From Narcine bancroftii (taxonomy: Eukaryota), in NCBI RefSeq assembly GCF_036971445.1, contig NC_091481.1, positions 60,450,001 to 60,514,000 of the forward strand: DNA of 64,000 bases, written 5' to 3'. The notes under the pieces were generated by a model. It saw only the letters and a program-made list of their open reading frames with translations, searched no databases and was not told the origin of the DNA. Below, piece after piece: positions 1-13,706 of the stretch (its first letter is position 1; every line of letters starts with the position of its first letter). Both the position numbers and the translations under genes were made by a program.

Positions 1-29
1 AGCAGTATTTATGTTTTTAAAATTTAGAC

Positions 30-195
30 ATAAAGCATGGCCCTTTTGGCCCATGAGCCCATACCACCCACAGTATGTTCTTGAACAGTGGGTGGAAACC
101 CACACAGACACAGGGGAATGTTCAAACTCCATAGAGAGAGTGTGTGATTCTAACATGATCGCTGGCACTGTAACAGTGCTGTGCTCATTGTGCTA
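30..195 (-). mobile_element. V-SINE (HE1-like) fragment
   Basis: Motif ggtggaaacccacacagacacaggggaatgttcaaactcc, also seen at 5.7 kb and 33.8 kb; resembles elasmobranch V-SINEs. Confidence 0.55.
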
Positions 196-924
196 CCCTC
201 CTCCTTTTAGTCATTTTCAAGAGGAACACAGCAGGTCTTGCAGTATCCAGGGGTGGGTTGATAACCATCACATTTTGAATTTGGAATCTACAGTGCCCTC
301 CATAATGAGACAAAGACACTTTTTTCCTTTATTTGCCCCTGTGCTCCACATGTTGAAAAATTACTACCTGGATGGTGTGGTGGCAGTAAGGATAGTTGCA
401 GGGTTAAGGATTGAAGTAAGTTTTTTTTTTGGGGGGGGCGCAATTTCAGTGCTTACCATTGGTGCTAATTTCCCTAGATATGCCACCTTTTCTAACAAGT
501 GTGTTGACACCGTAGTCCAACAGGTGGCGATGGAAACCTAGAAGAGCGTGAAGAATCTACATTTGTATGTGGCTCCATTGATCTACAAGAATGGAAACTT
601 TTAAAAGGATGGTAAAAATAAGACTGCTGCTATAGGAGCATCAAATTCTTATGCATAAACCAGCCTTGGCAACGTGTAGCATTAAATGAAGGTTAAAGGT
701 TTTGGGTCAACAGATTAGGAAAAGTTCATTGTTGGTGGCATGTAGAACAAGGACATAACCTAAAATTAGATTGCAAGAATCCTAATGATGTAAGAAATAG
801 TAACATAGTGGGGTGATTTAGCCATTCATGTCCATTTCACCATTTAATATGATCAAGGCTGGCCTTTTTCTTCAATGCCACTTTCCTGCACTGGCCCCAT
901 ACACAGGTACATTAATATCTAGAT

Positions 925-1335
925 TTAGATTTTAAATTTATTGTCAAGAGTATATACATGACATCACATACAACCCTGAGATTCTTTTTCCTGTGGACAA
1001 GCAGCATTATAACTAATTTGTAGTGTAAAAAAATACACAGCGTGAACATGTAAACAAATAAAATAACTAAACAAACTGAGAGCAATACAGAGAGGAAAAA
1101 AAATAAAGTGGAAAAATGAGTCCCTGATTGAGTTTGTCATTGAGTCTGATGGCGGAAGGGTAGCAGCTGTTCCTGAACCTGGGGGTGCAAGTCTTGTGGC
1201 ACTGATACCTCTTTCCTGATGGCAGCAGTGAGAACAGAGTGTGTGCTGGGGGGTGTGGATCCTTGATGATCACTGCTGCTCTCCGACGGCAGCGTTCCCC
1301 GTAGATGTTCCCGATGGTTGTGGAGGGTTTTGCCA
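925..1335 (-). mobile_element. Rex1/Babar-like non-LTR retrotransposon 3' fragment
   Basis: ORF 1067-1375 contains the C-terminal Rex1 signature IIKDPHPPAHTLFSLLPSGKRY...RFRNSCYPSAIRLN. Confidence 0.75.
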
Positions 1336-2295
1336 ATTCCTCCTCGTGTGACAAAGCCACCATCAGAGCAATCAACTTGGAGAACTTTCACTGTACGTGC
1401 CCCATTGCAAATATATCCTTGTCTCAGTAAGAAGTGTATGTGATAATCCACATGTATTCTCAACATTGTCCTGTAACAGGTGCAAGGTGACTCCACCTTT
1501 CTACTCAAATCCTCTTGCAATAAAAGCCAACATCTGTTTTGTTCTTTTGCTTTTTATTGCCTCCCATTGATGCTGCCTGACCTGCTGAGTTCCTCCAGCA
1601 TTTTGTATGTTGCTCCAGTTATCTGCCCTCTCTATCTCAGACTGAACAAAAACACTCTCAATCTTAAGATAAAATTCTAACATATTTCAACATCTAGCTG
1701 TTCCCCAAAGGGCCTCTTAACCACTGAATTAACTTCCACATTGCACAACGCTAGACTTAAAATAACCTGTTGTCTTGTGGGTTCCTCAACACGCTAATCT
1801 AAAAAATCTCTCTCTCTACTCTCAGAGAGTACATCTTCCACACTATTACAGTTCATTTGGTTTGCAGATTTAACTTTATGATCACTATATTGTCCTCTAA
1901 CAGCTCATTATTACAATGGCCTGCATTACTGTCATTGTTTGGAGATCTATAGACAATTCCTATCAGTGTTTCCTGCCCCATGCACTTTTTTTTAGCTTCA
2001 AACTGATTCACTTCCTGATTTTCTGAGCTAAGATATTTCCTCTGTGCAGCCTTTATTCCAGCCTCTAAATTACATGGAATTTCATAAAAATACCAACTTT
2101 TCTGGGTTTTTCATGTGACATTTGTGTCCCCCAACTTCTTGCTGCAGAGAATTCCCTGCCAATAAGTGACTTCCAAAGTTAACCCGGTTGGGTTATGTAA
2201 ATTCACCCTTAACGAATCCATAAATTACTAGCCCAGAATTCAGGTACAGTATAAGTTTGTTCTCACAGAATTTGTGTGGGGTATAAAAGAAAATA

Positions 2296-2975
2296 CAGTA
2301 AAACTGCTGGTATCTGGAATTCAAGCAACCGACAAAAAAAAGGAAAATAAATAATACATATAAAACAAAAATGTAACTTTAAAATTGTAAAAATAAATGT
2401 TCTCTGAACTAACACACAAACCTTTGGTGAAGATGGGACCAAATATTCAGCCAGCGGAGTGCCTCGGTTTTGCTTTGCTTGTAGCAGTTGTTTGAATAAA
2501 GTTGTGTGAAACAGCAATGGCGCTGTCCAGGATAAAGAGCTGGCTGATGCCGCTTCCCGTTGAGGTGGCTCTCTTATCCCTGCTTAGTAAAAGTTTTTAT
2601 CTTTATTAGTATATTATTAATTTTATTAGTAAGGCTTTATCTGTAAATTTGAAGGGGGGGTTAATTATCTAGAATGTTATTGTTTGTCTTTCAGGGGGCT
2701 CCATTGGAGGGGGAGGAACCTGCAGATGCAGCGACGGTTAAATGTTTTCAAAGAATGCGGCCGAAAATAAAGTAAAATGCTTTCAGGTTTAAATATTCAT
2801 ACAAGTGAAGTTCATTCAGTCTAAGTACAGTATAGTATTTTTGTCTTTTAAACTCTTTATTCTTAATGCTGGTGTATTTGTTAGGCATTGTAAGAGCAAG
2901 ACTCAAGCAACCGAAAAATTCCCTTATCCGGCATCTACCAAACTCCATGGCTGCTGGGTACCAGGGGTTTTACTG
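2296..2975. mobile_element. Tc1/mariner (pogo/Tigger-like) non-autonomous DNA transposon
   Basis: TA-flanked TIRs CAGTAAAAC.CTGGTA ... TACCAGGGGTTTTACTG; a second copy lies inverted at 34506-35191. Confidence 0.75.
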
Positions 2976-3174
2976 TAAATAAATAAATAAAAATTTACAA
3001 ATCGTATTTCTTGATGTGCAGATGATGTAGCTTACAGAAAATTGCAATAGGCCTGTTTGCTAGGAATAGAATTCCTCCTTAATATGGGAGACACCTATAT
3101 GGCCTCTTCATTTAGAATTACCTGTATTTTTTTTAATTCTATGTATTTAAGCTTTTATTGAGATTGTAGTTTCT

Positions 3175-3220
3175 TACCCCCTCCATAAATCTTCGTCCGC
3201 AAAGCCAAGCCAAAGAAGAA
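3175..3220 (+). mobile_element. RTE LINE extreme 3' end
   Basis: cccctccataaatcttcgtccgc-aagccaagccaaagaa matches the tails of the larger RTE copies; flanked by agtttc on both sides. Confidence 0.75.
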
Positions 3221-3579
3221 GTTTCAGTAATGTTGGTGCTGAGCAGAGTTTATATCCCTGAGGCACTCTCCACACACTGGGCACACTGCCTGTCAGAAGT
3301 CTCTTGGTTTGGTTTGGGGTAGCCCTGATGGTATTGACAGCTCTGACCTGGGCTCCCAGCTTCGAGCTGACACCTTCACACACAACCAGAATCCAAAGGA
3401 GAAACAAAGGCAATAAGGAATGCAATGGGGCTTTTACACTCAGGGGTGGTGGGGTTAATAGGGATCCAACAAGAGTTAAGGTCAATGAGGCATGATAAGA
3501 TGCTGTCTTGTGTTCAGGTGGATTGTTACTCCCACTAGCAATAGGTAGGAAAGGAGGTATCAGAAGTAAAACATGAAGA

Positions 3580-4300
3580 TGTGCAGACACCGTGATTGAA
3601 GTAAAAACAATGCTGGAGAAACTCAGCAGGTCAAACAGTATATTTCATGTAGCAAAGATGGAGATACATATCCAACATTTTGGGCTTGAGCCCTTCACCA
3701 AAGTATAGACAATAGGTGGGCAGTTGCCTGAACAAAATGGTGGGGGAGAGGAACAGGGGAGAAGCGCAGTCCCACAGGCAGAAGGTAATAGGTGGATAAG
3801 GGAGGGAGGACATAACATCAAACAGGGGGCTGAGGGAACAGGAGTGAAGGGGCTGGAGAGCTAGAGAAAAGGAGATAGATTAGAGGGGAGGAGGAATGGG
3901 GCATAGGCTAGCAGAAACTGGAGGTCGATGTTAATGCCACCTGGTTGAACAATGCTGAGGCAGAAAATTAGTTGCGGGTAGTCTTGGTTTGACAGTACGA
4001 GTGGGACACAGAGTTGAAATGATTAGCCACTGGAAGATCCCTGTCACTGATGCAGATAGAGCAAAGGTGCTCAGTGAAGCAATTCTCCCAGTCTGTGTTC
4101 AGGCTTTCCGGTGTAGAGGAGGCCACAATGGGAGCACTGGATGTAGAAATAACCCCTGCATATTCACAAGTGAAGTGTTGCTTCACTTGAAAGGACTGTT
4201 TGGGGCCAAAATGGTGGTGAGGGAGGAAGTATGGGTGCAAGTATGGCACTTTCTGCCATATGGGAAGATGACAAGGGGGAGATTAATGGGAAGGTATCGG
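3580..4300 (-). mobile_element. Penelope-like element remnant (GIY-YIG endonuclease region)
   Basis: ORF 3968-4249 contains PKQSFQVKQHFTC...FTEHL...DLPVANHFNS, typical of Penelope GIY-YIG C-termini. Confidence 0.65.
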
Positions 4301-5639
4301 GATGGTTGTTAAGCTACAAATTATGAATAAATTACCATATACTGTGTCTTGATGGAAACGTACTTGTTATAAGTATGTTTAATTACTACTAGTTATCATT
4401 GGTAATAATGTAATTAAAATACCTATCAGCTCTCATTTTGTCAGCTTACACCCTCAGTTTCACCACCCCGCCATCCCAACCTGCGCTGCTGCTTCTTGGA
4501 ACTTCTTGCATAACACCTGGTGCTACAAAACCAGAAGTTGCAGGTGCCCCAAACATTAGCAGATAAACAGAAACCATATGCGGATACCATGCAACTGAAT
4601 GTATCCTCGGACTGAAACTAATTTCTTTCCCAACTGATGTTGCAGAGGGAGCGTAAACATCCAGGCTCCCTGAGAACCACAGGACCATAGAATGCTACAG
4701 CACAGGAACAGGCCCTTTGGCCCATCTAGTCTGTGCCAAAATATTACTGACCTGCACACAGACCATACTCCTCCTATTCATGTACCTATCCAAATTTTTC
4801 TTAAATGTCAAAATGGAGGCTGCATTCATCCCATCAGCTGGCAGTGAGTTCCACATTCTCTGCAATGAGGAAGTTCCCCCTAAATGTTCCTTTTAAGCAT
4901 TTCCTCTTTCGCTCTATATATCCTCTAGTTTTTGACTTGCGTAACCTCAGAGGTAAAAGCCTGTTTGAATTTACTGTGCCTCATCCCCACATACCCCGGA
5001 GCAGGAAAGATTTTTAAAAAAATCATTTTCCTTTTGCACCTTTGGTCAGTTCCAGCATACAAAATTATGAAAGGAACAGATCAGGTGACAACAGGGAGGT
5101 TGTTTCCATAGAACTAGGGGACACTGTGCCTCGAGATTCAGGGGAGTAGATTTTAAGACTATGAGGAGGAATTCTCTGCCCAAGGAAGCAGTTGAGGCTT
5201 TTATGAAATGTATTTAGGACACACATAGATTTTTAAATAATAGGGGAATTAAGGGTTATGTAGAAAAGGAGGCTAAGTGGACCTGAGTCCATGGCTAAAT
5301 CAGTCATTATCTTATTGAATGGCAGAGCAGCCTCAACAGGCCATTTGGCTGAATCCTGCTCCTATTTTCAAGGTTCTGATCAGAATTACAGATCTATGAT
5401 GGATTTCAATAATAATTGCAGCCTTCAACCTAATCCTCAGCCAGTTCACCTGGTTTCTTTGTCAACTGCTTCTCTGTAAAATATATTTGTTGTATTCCCA
5501 CTGAGGGAAGGAATAAAACCCTTGTATAAAGGCCATAGAGGAAATAAGCACTCCTTTCATTCATTCACCTCTGAACTCCTCTGTTCAAAGAGCATTGCAG
5601 TATTCCATACAATAAGCAAACTATATATATTTTTTTATT

Positions 5640-5820
5640 AACAGCACTATGGAAGCTAATTCTGGCCGTTTAAATCCATGCCGCCCAATTACACCCAAAT
5701 TAACCTACAACCCCATATATTTTGGAGAGTGAGAGGAAACCGGTGCACCCGGGGAAAACCCATGCAGACACGAGGTGGGCATACAAACCCAGATCGTCGG
5801 TGCTTTAACTGTGCTGCCCG
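5640..5820 (-). mobile_element. V-SINE (HE1-like)
   Basis: gccgcccaattacacccaaattaacctacaaccc...gaggaaaccggtgcacccggggaaaacccatgcagacac. Confidence 0.65.
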
Positions 5821-6529
5821 TGAATTCTAGAAATCTGATGTAAAAACAGAACGCACTGGATAGCAGGTCACTCTGCAGTAATGAGGGATAAGAGGCAATG
5901 TTTTAAAACAACAATGTTTCTTTAGAACTGCCATTATCTCAGCCTAGTGGGAAAGCTTGTTGAATTTGGAAGCAAGTTGTAGGATAAACCAGTCTCTGAG
6001 CTGCTTATGTCACCACAGAATTTATGTAGCTGATAGAGTTAACATAGGTCAGCACAACATCATGGACTGAAGGGCCTGTACTGTGCTGTAATATTCTATG
6101 ATCATGGGGGATTCAGCAATGTTAATTCAACTGAATGTAAAGGACAGGCAGTTAGACCATTCCTTGCTGGAGGCAGCTCTGTCTATCAGCCCAGGTAAAA
6201 GTTTGGGTCAAATGCTTCAGCACCCCTTCACAAAGGTCAGTCTGCAGACTCCCGGATCTGCTCATCCTGGGTGTAAGAAACAGGAACTCTGGCTAAATTT
6301 TCATCAACTGCTGGTGCGAGGTGGGTAGGGTGGGAGGAGGACTGTAATTATAGAATGGCAGCTGGACTGAGATCATAATTCAAGTGAAGACACACCTGCT
6401 TGTCTTGGCTTGGTGTCACATCATTGCAGCCAGCTCACTGCACACTTCAAAGGTGAACTTAAAAATAACTCCCTAAGGTGCTCCAAGCAAACTATCATTC
6501 AAAGAACATTAGCAGAAAGGCAGTTTAGA

Positions 6530-7111
6530 GAACATTTTTTTTTCCCCCAAAAGGTTTACTTCCTGAAAATCAAAATCGGGGATTATAATGGACAATTTCA
6601 AGCTGGACACAAAGATAATTTCTGATTTGCTGTATCATGTCAGCAGTTGGAGAAACATTAAATTAACTTTTATTGAATTTAGCCTGTTTAATCGCAAAAT
6701 GACGCCGACACATTGCATTTGTTCAACTGACCTAAAAATGTTTTGCTACCGATTTTCATTTGTACTCAGTATCTGATGCCTCTCGTATCGGTGTCCAACA
6801 ATAGTCGGCCGGCATTGATGGATTCCAGTGGCCCTGATAATGCTTTTCCATGGCCGCATTGTCCCGGTGAAACCTCTTGTCACTGACGGCACCAGGATCA
6901 GCCAGGAAGACGTCCAAGTGCGAATGCAGAAAATGAATTTTCAATGAAATGTTGCGCTTCATGGTTTTGTCTGCTTGAGATAGACTTAAAATATGACAGG
7001 AAATCACAAAAATGGGTTAGATCTAATGGTACATAATAGGAAAACCTTTAAGGTGAATTTTCTGATCAGCAGCCCCCAATGTTCAGGAAGCAAAATCTTC
7101 ATTGTCCAGTG
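6530..7111 (-). mobile_element. Chapaev3-like (CMC) DNA transposon remnant
   Basis: Transposase C-terminus SLKIHFLHSHLD...GAVSD..RFHRD..MEKHYQGHWNPSM.ADYCW; terminus ...ttgtccagtg. Confidence 0.65.
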
Positions 7112-7509
7112 TGCTATCTATTGATTGAGTACCTTTCAAGAGAAAATCACTCCAAACCCTCCACAGAATAGGCACCAAGCTACGTTACTTACCAAAACCA
7201 TGAGCGGTTCACTTTAGCATGGGAAGGTTTGATGGTTAAAGCTTTATGAATAAATAGGTTGTAAAGGTCCTAGCTCTTCTAAAGATTTAGCTTAGTGGGG
7301 GGAGCTTAGCTTATGTGGAACCACAGTTGTTGCCTACTGTATTTCCTAGAATATACAAGGAAGTGCTTGGAATAGAACATTGCAATGAATTCCTGGCATG
7401 TTAATTCAGCCAGCTTAGGAACTGAATGTGGTATGAATGATTTAGAGGGCAAAGTTTTTCCTATGAAGAGAAATTGAGTAGGCTGGGCTTCAGTTTTACA
7501 GAGGAGTAC

Positions 7510-7810
7510 AAAGTCACAAGATATAGGAGCAGAAGTTGGCCCATCAAGTCTGCTTCGCCATTCTATCATGAGCTGATCCATCCTCCCACTCAGCCCCACT
7601 CCCTGGCCTTCTCCCCATAACCCTTGATATCCTGACTAATCAAGTAACTGTCCATCTCTGCTTTAAATACACCCAACGACATCGATTCTACAGCTGCCTG
7701 TGGCAACAAGTTCCACAGTCTCACAACCCTCTGATTAAAGAATTTTTTCCACTTCTCTGTTTTAAATCGACACCTTGCCCAAGACTCTCCTCCCCATACC
7801 ATGGGAAACA
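7510..7810 (-). mobile_element. CR1 LINE 3' fragment
   Basis: ORF 7590-7811 FFNQRVVRLWNLLPQAAVE...FKAEMD, the CR1 ORF2 C-terminus. Confidence 0.8.
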
Positions 7811-9764
7811 TTGTAATCTTATTGTGACATAAAAATGATCTTTCCTTGCTGAAGAGTCTAATTCAAGGTGTTACAGGCTCATAATAAAGGGGAGGCCGCA
7901 TGGAAAGGTCCTCACCCAAAGGGTGGTGAATAATTGGGATTTTCTACTCCAGAGGGCAATGGAGGTTCCATAAATGACTGCATCCAAGATTCAACATTCT
8001 TTCATTGTCAAGTAATAAAACAGAAAATGTAATATTACATGAAATTAGCATAAGCCTACCATAAGGCAGATCAGAGATTGCCCATATAGACAGAGAAAGA
8101 GAAGCAAAAGAGAATCCCCCAGAAAAGCACAGGCCGACAGCCAAGAGGCCATAGAGTGACACGGATAGAGGACAGGAGAGAAAAGCTGAGAAATGTTTGA
8201 GGGAAGGGGGTAACCTTGAATGTAGAGCTTGAGAAAAGATAACATAGAGACAGGGAGGTAGGGAAAGAGAGTGTGACAAAGGGTGGAGAGCTAGAGAGAG
8301 TGAAAGTGACAAGTGGGAGGGGGGTGGGGGGGCTCAGGCCCAAAGTATAGGTTGAATATCTTTGTCTTATGAGCACTGAGACCTGCTGAGTTTCTCCAGC
8401 TCATTTGTGCATTTACCTGGCCTTACCTGTGATCCTTTACATCGTCTTTCTTGATTTTCGTCATTCTGAAAATTGGAAACACGCAGAAGATAAAACCTTA
8501 GTTAAAATAGAGACTTCACTATCTTCTTCAGTATTTTAATGACTGGCCTGTGCCTGAAAATGATTGGTCAATCAGTCCCAACCCATTTACAGCTGCTCCC
8601 CACCTGCTCCTCCCATTCTGGGGTGAGTTTAAATTATTCTCAGTATATTTGATATGTCAGGTATCTTCTAACCTTAAAATTTAACTCTGAGTACAGTGTA
8701 GTGTTTGGACAGTTCAAATTAACTACTAAAAAGAATGTACGATCGCAGGAACCACTTAGTTGACGTGGTTAGGCCTCTCATGCTGTTAGATCACTTTTTT
8801 TTCCCCAGAATACCACTTCCATTTCCTTACAAGGTCACAGGCAGACTCTCAAGTGGCCTGGGGAATATTTTATAGCACAAGTTGTTGCCAACTAAGTTAC
8901 TCTCTGTCATTCCACATTTTTAAGTTAAAAGAAACATAGATACTTTTGCCTCAAGCAATAAGCCAAAGCATCTCAAAGTACCTGCTGGTTCCTCATGATA
9001 AAATTCATCTTTGTCTTAAAAGCATTCAATTTTCCAGTTGTATAACAATTGAAATATTCATGTTAAAACATTTTATCAATGATCCTAATCCAGGTATAAG
9101 CATTATGGCCTGGAACTTCTTAGGAGGTTCTGCAATAGGTTTGCTGTGCAGATATCAACGTGCTATTTGCTGGCACCTGCCTAGTTTTCCACAACTTTCG
9201 CACAACACTTTCCTCAACTAACCTCATGGCACAATCGCAGAGATGGACGATTGTAACATCAACTGCTGAGCTCAAACAGCACGTTCCAACAGAATAGCAA
9301 ACAAAAGGGAATTTGAAGTGTGCGCTTTCCTCCACATGGTATGTGTCTATTCCTAGAGGCACTGGGCCTCTACATTGGCCGTCAAGCAATGCATGTGTGA
9401 TGTTCCTTCTGCAATGCAGAAGCAGAAACAGGTAACGTGAAAGAAACGAGTCTAGAACAGGAAAGCAAGTCTTTACAGAAGGAAGGGGACTGTGTTTACC
9501 TGTACTGTTGGGAAATCTCAGAAGACATGGATAGATTCTTCTTTGAAGCACCAATCAACCAGATTAATTTTTTTTTAAAAATCACTGCATGCTGGTAATC
9601 TGAAATAAAAAGCACAAGATGCTATAAAAATCCAAGGAGGAGGACAGTTTCAAATCAAACTTCTAATGAAAGGTCTTCGATATGAAATATCAACTGTTTC
9701 TAGTTTCACAAACACTGCCTGACAATGGTCAATGTCAGCTTATTGCATATACATAAATACAAGT

Positions 9765-11180
9765 CAAGTCAATTCACCTTTATTTATCATTCAAACCATG
9801 CTTGCACAGTAAAAACAAAATAGCGTTTCTCCAGGACCACAGAGCAAATTTACATAAATATGTTTAAAATATTAAGACATATATTGTAAAAGTCCCTGGT
9901 ATGGGAATTCAGGAGCCTGATGGCTTGGGGAAAAAAAACTGTTGCCCAATCTGGACACAAGGACCTGAGTGTTGCGGTACCTCCTACCAGATGGCAGAAG
10001 GGAGAACAGTTTACATGAGGGGCGTGTGGAGTCCTTCACAATTTTTATTGCCTTTCGCCTGCATCGAGTGTTGTAGACGTCCTTCATGGTAGGAAGAGAG
10101 CCCCCAATGATCTTTTTCGCTGACTTCACTATCCTCTGCATGGCCTTGTGGTCCAAGGTGGTACAGCTTCCAAAGCAGGCAGTGATACAGTTGCACAGGA
10201 TGCTCTCAATACATCTTCTGTAGAATGTAGTGAGGATGGAGGGTGGGAGTTGAACTTTCCTCAGCCTTTAGATGAAGTAGAGGTGCTGCTGGGCTTTCTT
10301 GGCTATGGAGGTGAGATTCTCTCCCAAGTGCACTCCAAGGATACTCTTTACGACCTTAACAGTCGAGCCATCAATGGTCAGTGAGTGTGGTCCTCCTGAA
10401 GTCGACAACCGTCTTTTTTGTTTGATTAATGTTCAGATCCAGATTGTTGGCTCTGCACCTCATCTCTGTATGCTAACTCCTCATTCTTACCAATAAGACC
10501 CTCCACGGTTCTGTCATCAGCAAATTTGATGATTTGTTTCAAGATGTGTTTAGCTACACAGTCATGGGTCAGCAGAATGAACAGCAGTAGCCCGCCCCCC
10601 CCCCCCCCACACCGCCCCACCCCGCTCAGTGTGATAGTCTCGGAAGTGCTGTTACTGACCAATTTGGACTGCTTGAGATCGCCCCGACAGGAAGTCAACA
10701 ATCCAATTGCAGAGTGTGGTGATACACCACTGGCCTACTGCAGGGGGAAACCTCTGTACATGCAGAAGAGCATGGGGCAAGAGAACACCTGGCCAGCTGT
10801 CAATTAGCCAACCTGAATGGACCAAGCCCCACCCGGTCAGGTGTCAATCACCCTTCGGGATATAAGCCTGAACCGGACCTTCAAAGTCACTCTCAGAGCT
10901 CACAGCAGTGCTACTCACAGCTGGCTCTGTGGAGTTTTACGTCGAATAAAGCCTGTTGGTTTTGTGTGTTTCCTTCTGACCGACAGCGCACCACACAGAG
11001 GGAGGTGTTTAGACCCAGCAGGCTCAACTTCCTTATCAGGTACTGAGGTATGATTGTGTTGAATGCCGAACTGAAGTCAATAAACAGCATTCGAACATAC
11101 GAGTCCTTATTTTCCAGGTGGGTGAGGGCTAGATGGAAGGCAGTGACAATGGCATCGTCCTTAGAGCGATTGGATCTGTA
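9765..11180 (-). mobile_element. Rex1/Babar-like LINE fragment (RT to 3' end), interrupted by a solo LTR
   Basis: [32 protein letters not shown] and LFSLLPSGRRYR in ORFs 10911-11201, 10426-10701 and 9872-10156. Confidence 0.85.
10715..10995 (+). mobile_element. Solo LTR (281 bp)
   Basis: TGTGGTG...CACCACA inverted termini; 5-bp TSD CAGAG (10710-10714 and 10996-11000); internal TATAA and AATAAA. Confidence 0.85.
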
Positions 11181-12391
11181 TCGGAAAAAGTACAGATGCA
11201 CTGAAATTCTTACTTGCTGCAGCCAAACAGATATGAACCCTACCTGTGTTGTAAGCTAATAAAAGCGTCAGTTTTCCCTCCAGTCAAGTGTGAGCTTTTA
11301 TCTACACTAGCCGTGCTGCCCTTGTCAATTAACTATTTCTCATTGCACAGTTTAAGCTTCCCTGATAATCTCATCCCCTCCAGTTCGATGTCACCCTGAC
11401 GCCACTGTTGATTGGTTTTATTGCTATTTGCTGAGGCGTGGTGCAAGATGGTAACTTGCAAAACATGACTTCGCCAATTTAAAATGCGTTATCAGCAATG
11501 ATCACAGATCAAAACTCTGCAAGCAACCAACCGCCAGAAGTCAAATTGGGTGGAAATAATTAATCTGTGACTCAGCTGTCTGTCCTGACTCTGTGACTGC
11601 ACTTCAACATTCCCTTGCCTTCTAGACTACAATGGTCTGATGACTTTCTTACTTACAAATGTTTCCACAGCTTCATCTCCTGCAAGTCCCTCAAAATTGT
11701 TCCAGCCCTCTGAGACCATTGCACTCATCCAGCTCTTTGGCATTGTCATTGCCCATTGTCTTGCCTTCAGCTCACGAATGCCCTCCTCTCCACCTCTGTC
11801 ATTTTCTCCTTTTTTTGAGTTGCTCCTGTCTCTTTGCTAGAATTCCTCTTGGATGCATCAACCAGAGTATCAATGGAGGAGAACTTCTACACTGGTATAT
11901 TTCAAAAATACAGGTATTTCAAATGCAGCATATTTCAATTTCCAGAAGGCATTTGACAAAGTTCCACACATAAAGTTGGCATATTATATTGGGGGAAGAG
12001 GATTTGGACATGGAACACTACAGCACAGTACAGGCCCTTTGGCCCTCTGATGTTGTGCTGATCCATATAAACCGACTCAACAATCTCTATCTTCCCTACC
12101 TTACACCTGTAACCCTATATTTTTCTTTCATCTATGTGCCTGTCTAAGAGTCTTTTAAATGTCCCGATTGTACCAGCCTGTAGAGCTCGCAGAAAATTGG
12201 AATAAAATAGTGTTTTTAAGGCTAGATGTAATTAGTAGAATAACCTGAGGATGAGTTGTTGGCTCTCAATTGCTCATAATTTATGGCATTGACCTGGAGA
12301 AAGGGACAGAATATTCAAATTAATTGATGACGCTAAAAAAGGTCGGATGACATGTCGTGATCAGAATATTTGGGCTCTCTTACAGGATATA

Positions 12392-13706
12392 CAGGGCCTC
12401 CATAATATTTGGGACAAAAACACTTTTTTCCTTTATTTTCCCCTGTGCTCCACAGTTTTAAATTTGTAATCAAACAATTCACATTTGAGGTGGTCAAGTA
12501 ATGGAGTAGTGGCTGGTGAGGGAAAATCAGATTTCCACAGAGGAAATTGGAAGAAAAAAGTCCAAGAAGTAAAACATAAAAAAAGTTGCAAGATAAAAAT
12601 GTATAAGAACCGGAGGATGGCTCTAAAGAAGGAAAAGACTACCGTGGCAAGCAAAGAAGAGGTGAAGAAATCGCCGGGAAAAAAAAGAGGAAAGACATAC
12701 TGGAGTCCGTGAACAGGGAGCTCTCCCAAAGAGGATGGCTCGAGCTGTGATGCCTGTAAGTGGGCAGCTCGGAGGGGGGGGGGGGGGGGCGACGTCCCTG
12801 GGACGGTCTTGCACATTGGCTTGCAGAGTCTGAAAAAGAAATGCCAGTGAGCATGCACGAGGAGTCGCATACCGAAGAGGACGCCGAAGGGAATGGACAC
12901 TGACAGCCAGACACTGACTCTATAATGAGAGAAGCCGCGGAGAAGACACCGATAGAAGCAGGATCAACATGGAGCCAAGAAATGGAGCAAGAGAAAGAAG
13001 ATCAAGAGGAAGATAAAGGCATACAAGGTAAAAAAACAGACACAGATGGTAGACAAGGAATACTTTGACAGTCAAATAAAGATTCTAATGGAAACAATAA
13101 TGGCTGAGTTCAGTACTATTAAAAAAAAATGCAAGGGACAGATGTAAAAATACAAAGAATGGAGAATGCTATGGCAGAAATGAGAAAGCAAAGTGATGAA
13201 GTGGAAGACAGAGTGATAGGTGTGGAAATGGAGGTGAATGAGTTAAGAGAAAAATTGCAAGAGAGAGAGAAGAAGATTAAGAAGACATGACATATTGGCC
13301 CAAAAAATTGACATTTTAGAGAATTTCATCTGACAACAAGACCCTTTTCCAGAATTCTGCAGGCTCTTTTAAATACAGAACTGAATTGTACTCTTGTCAA
13401 ACTATAATCTGGCCAACCTTTCTGTTGCTGTTTAGTGGTTTGCATCTTGCAGTGTAGCCTAGGTCTGTAGTTCTTTTCATGAAGTCTTCTGCAGAATGTG
13501 GCCATTGCCATATCAATACTATGTATAAAAAGTGCTGTAATTGCTACACGGTAAAAATCAAAATGTGTACAAATAATCTTGAATAAAACCTGAAATGTGC
13601 ATTTTAATTACATGTGAATTGTTTGATTACAAATTTAAAACTGTGGAGCACAAGGGCAAATAAAGGAAAAAAAGACTCTTTGTCCCAAACATGATGGAGG
13701 GCACTC
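12392..13706. mobile_element. Tc1-like DNA transposon with long TIRs, carrying an inserted L1 fragment
   Basis: About 95-bp inverted repeats (cagggcctccataat...tttaaatttgtaatcaaacaattcacat / atgtgaattgtttgattacaaatttaaa...ggagggcactc), TA flanks; a related end at about 291. Confidence 0.7.
12490..13325 (+). mobile_element. L1/Tx1-like 5' region and ORF1 coiled-coil fragment
   Basis: A-rich, degraded coiled-coil coding (EMEVNELREKLQE...LAQKIDILEN), similar in style to the ORF1 at 61 kb. Confidence 0.5.

Larger units (their letters stand above)
457..9528 (-). other. Putative spliced transcript (lncRNA or unrecognised small ORF). Candidate exons: 9528-9500, 9408-9223, 8465-8427, 7345-7193, 5473-5450, 4669-4450, 537-457
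   Basis: Chain of pyrimidine-rich AG acceptors and GT donors (GTAAAC, GTTAGT, GTAAGG, GTAAGT, GTGAAC, GTAAGC, GTAAGC) in mostly non-repeat DNA. The first three exons join in phase (MSSEISQQYR-RNITHALLDG...CDCAMR-MTKIKKDDVKDH). No homologue recognised. Confidence 0.3.

Noticed and set aside
11-541. 176-aa + strand ORF
   Set aside because: Runs through a SINE, a Tc1 end and homopolymer tracts; not protein-like.
1380-1520. Apparent exon in ORF 1137-1520
   Set aside because: Aligns by eye to the CR1 copy at 50.7-50.85 kb; it is a degraded LINE.
12773-12789. Long G/C homopolymers here and at 10.6, 37.06 and 45.5 kb
   Set aside because: Common in this sequence and prone to length errors; no specific function can be supported.
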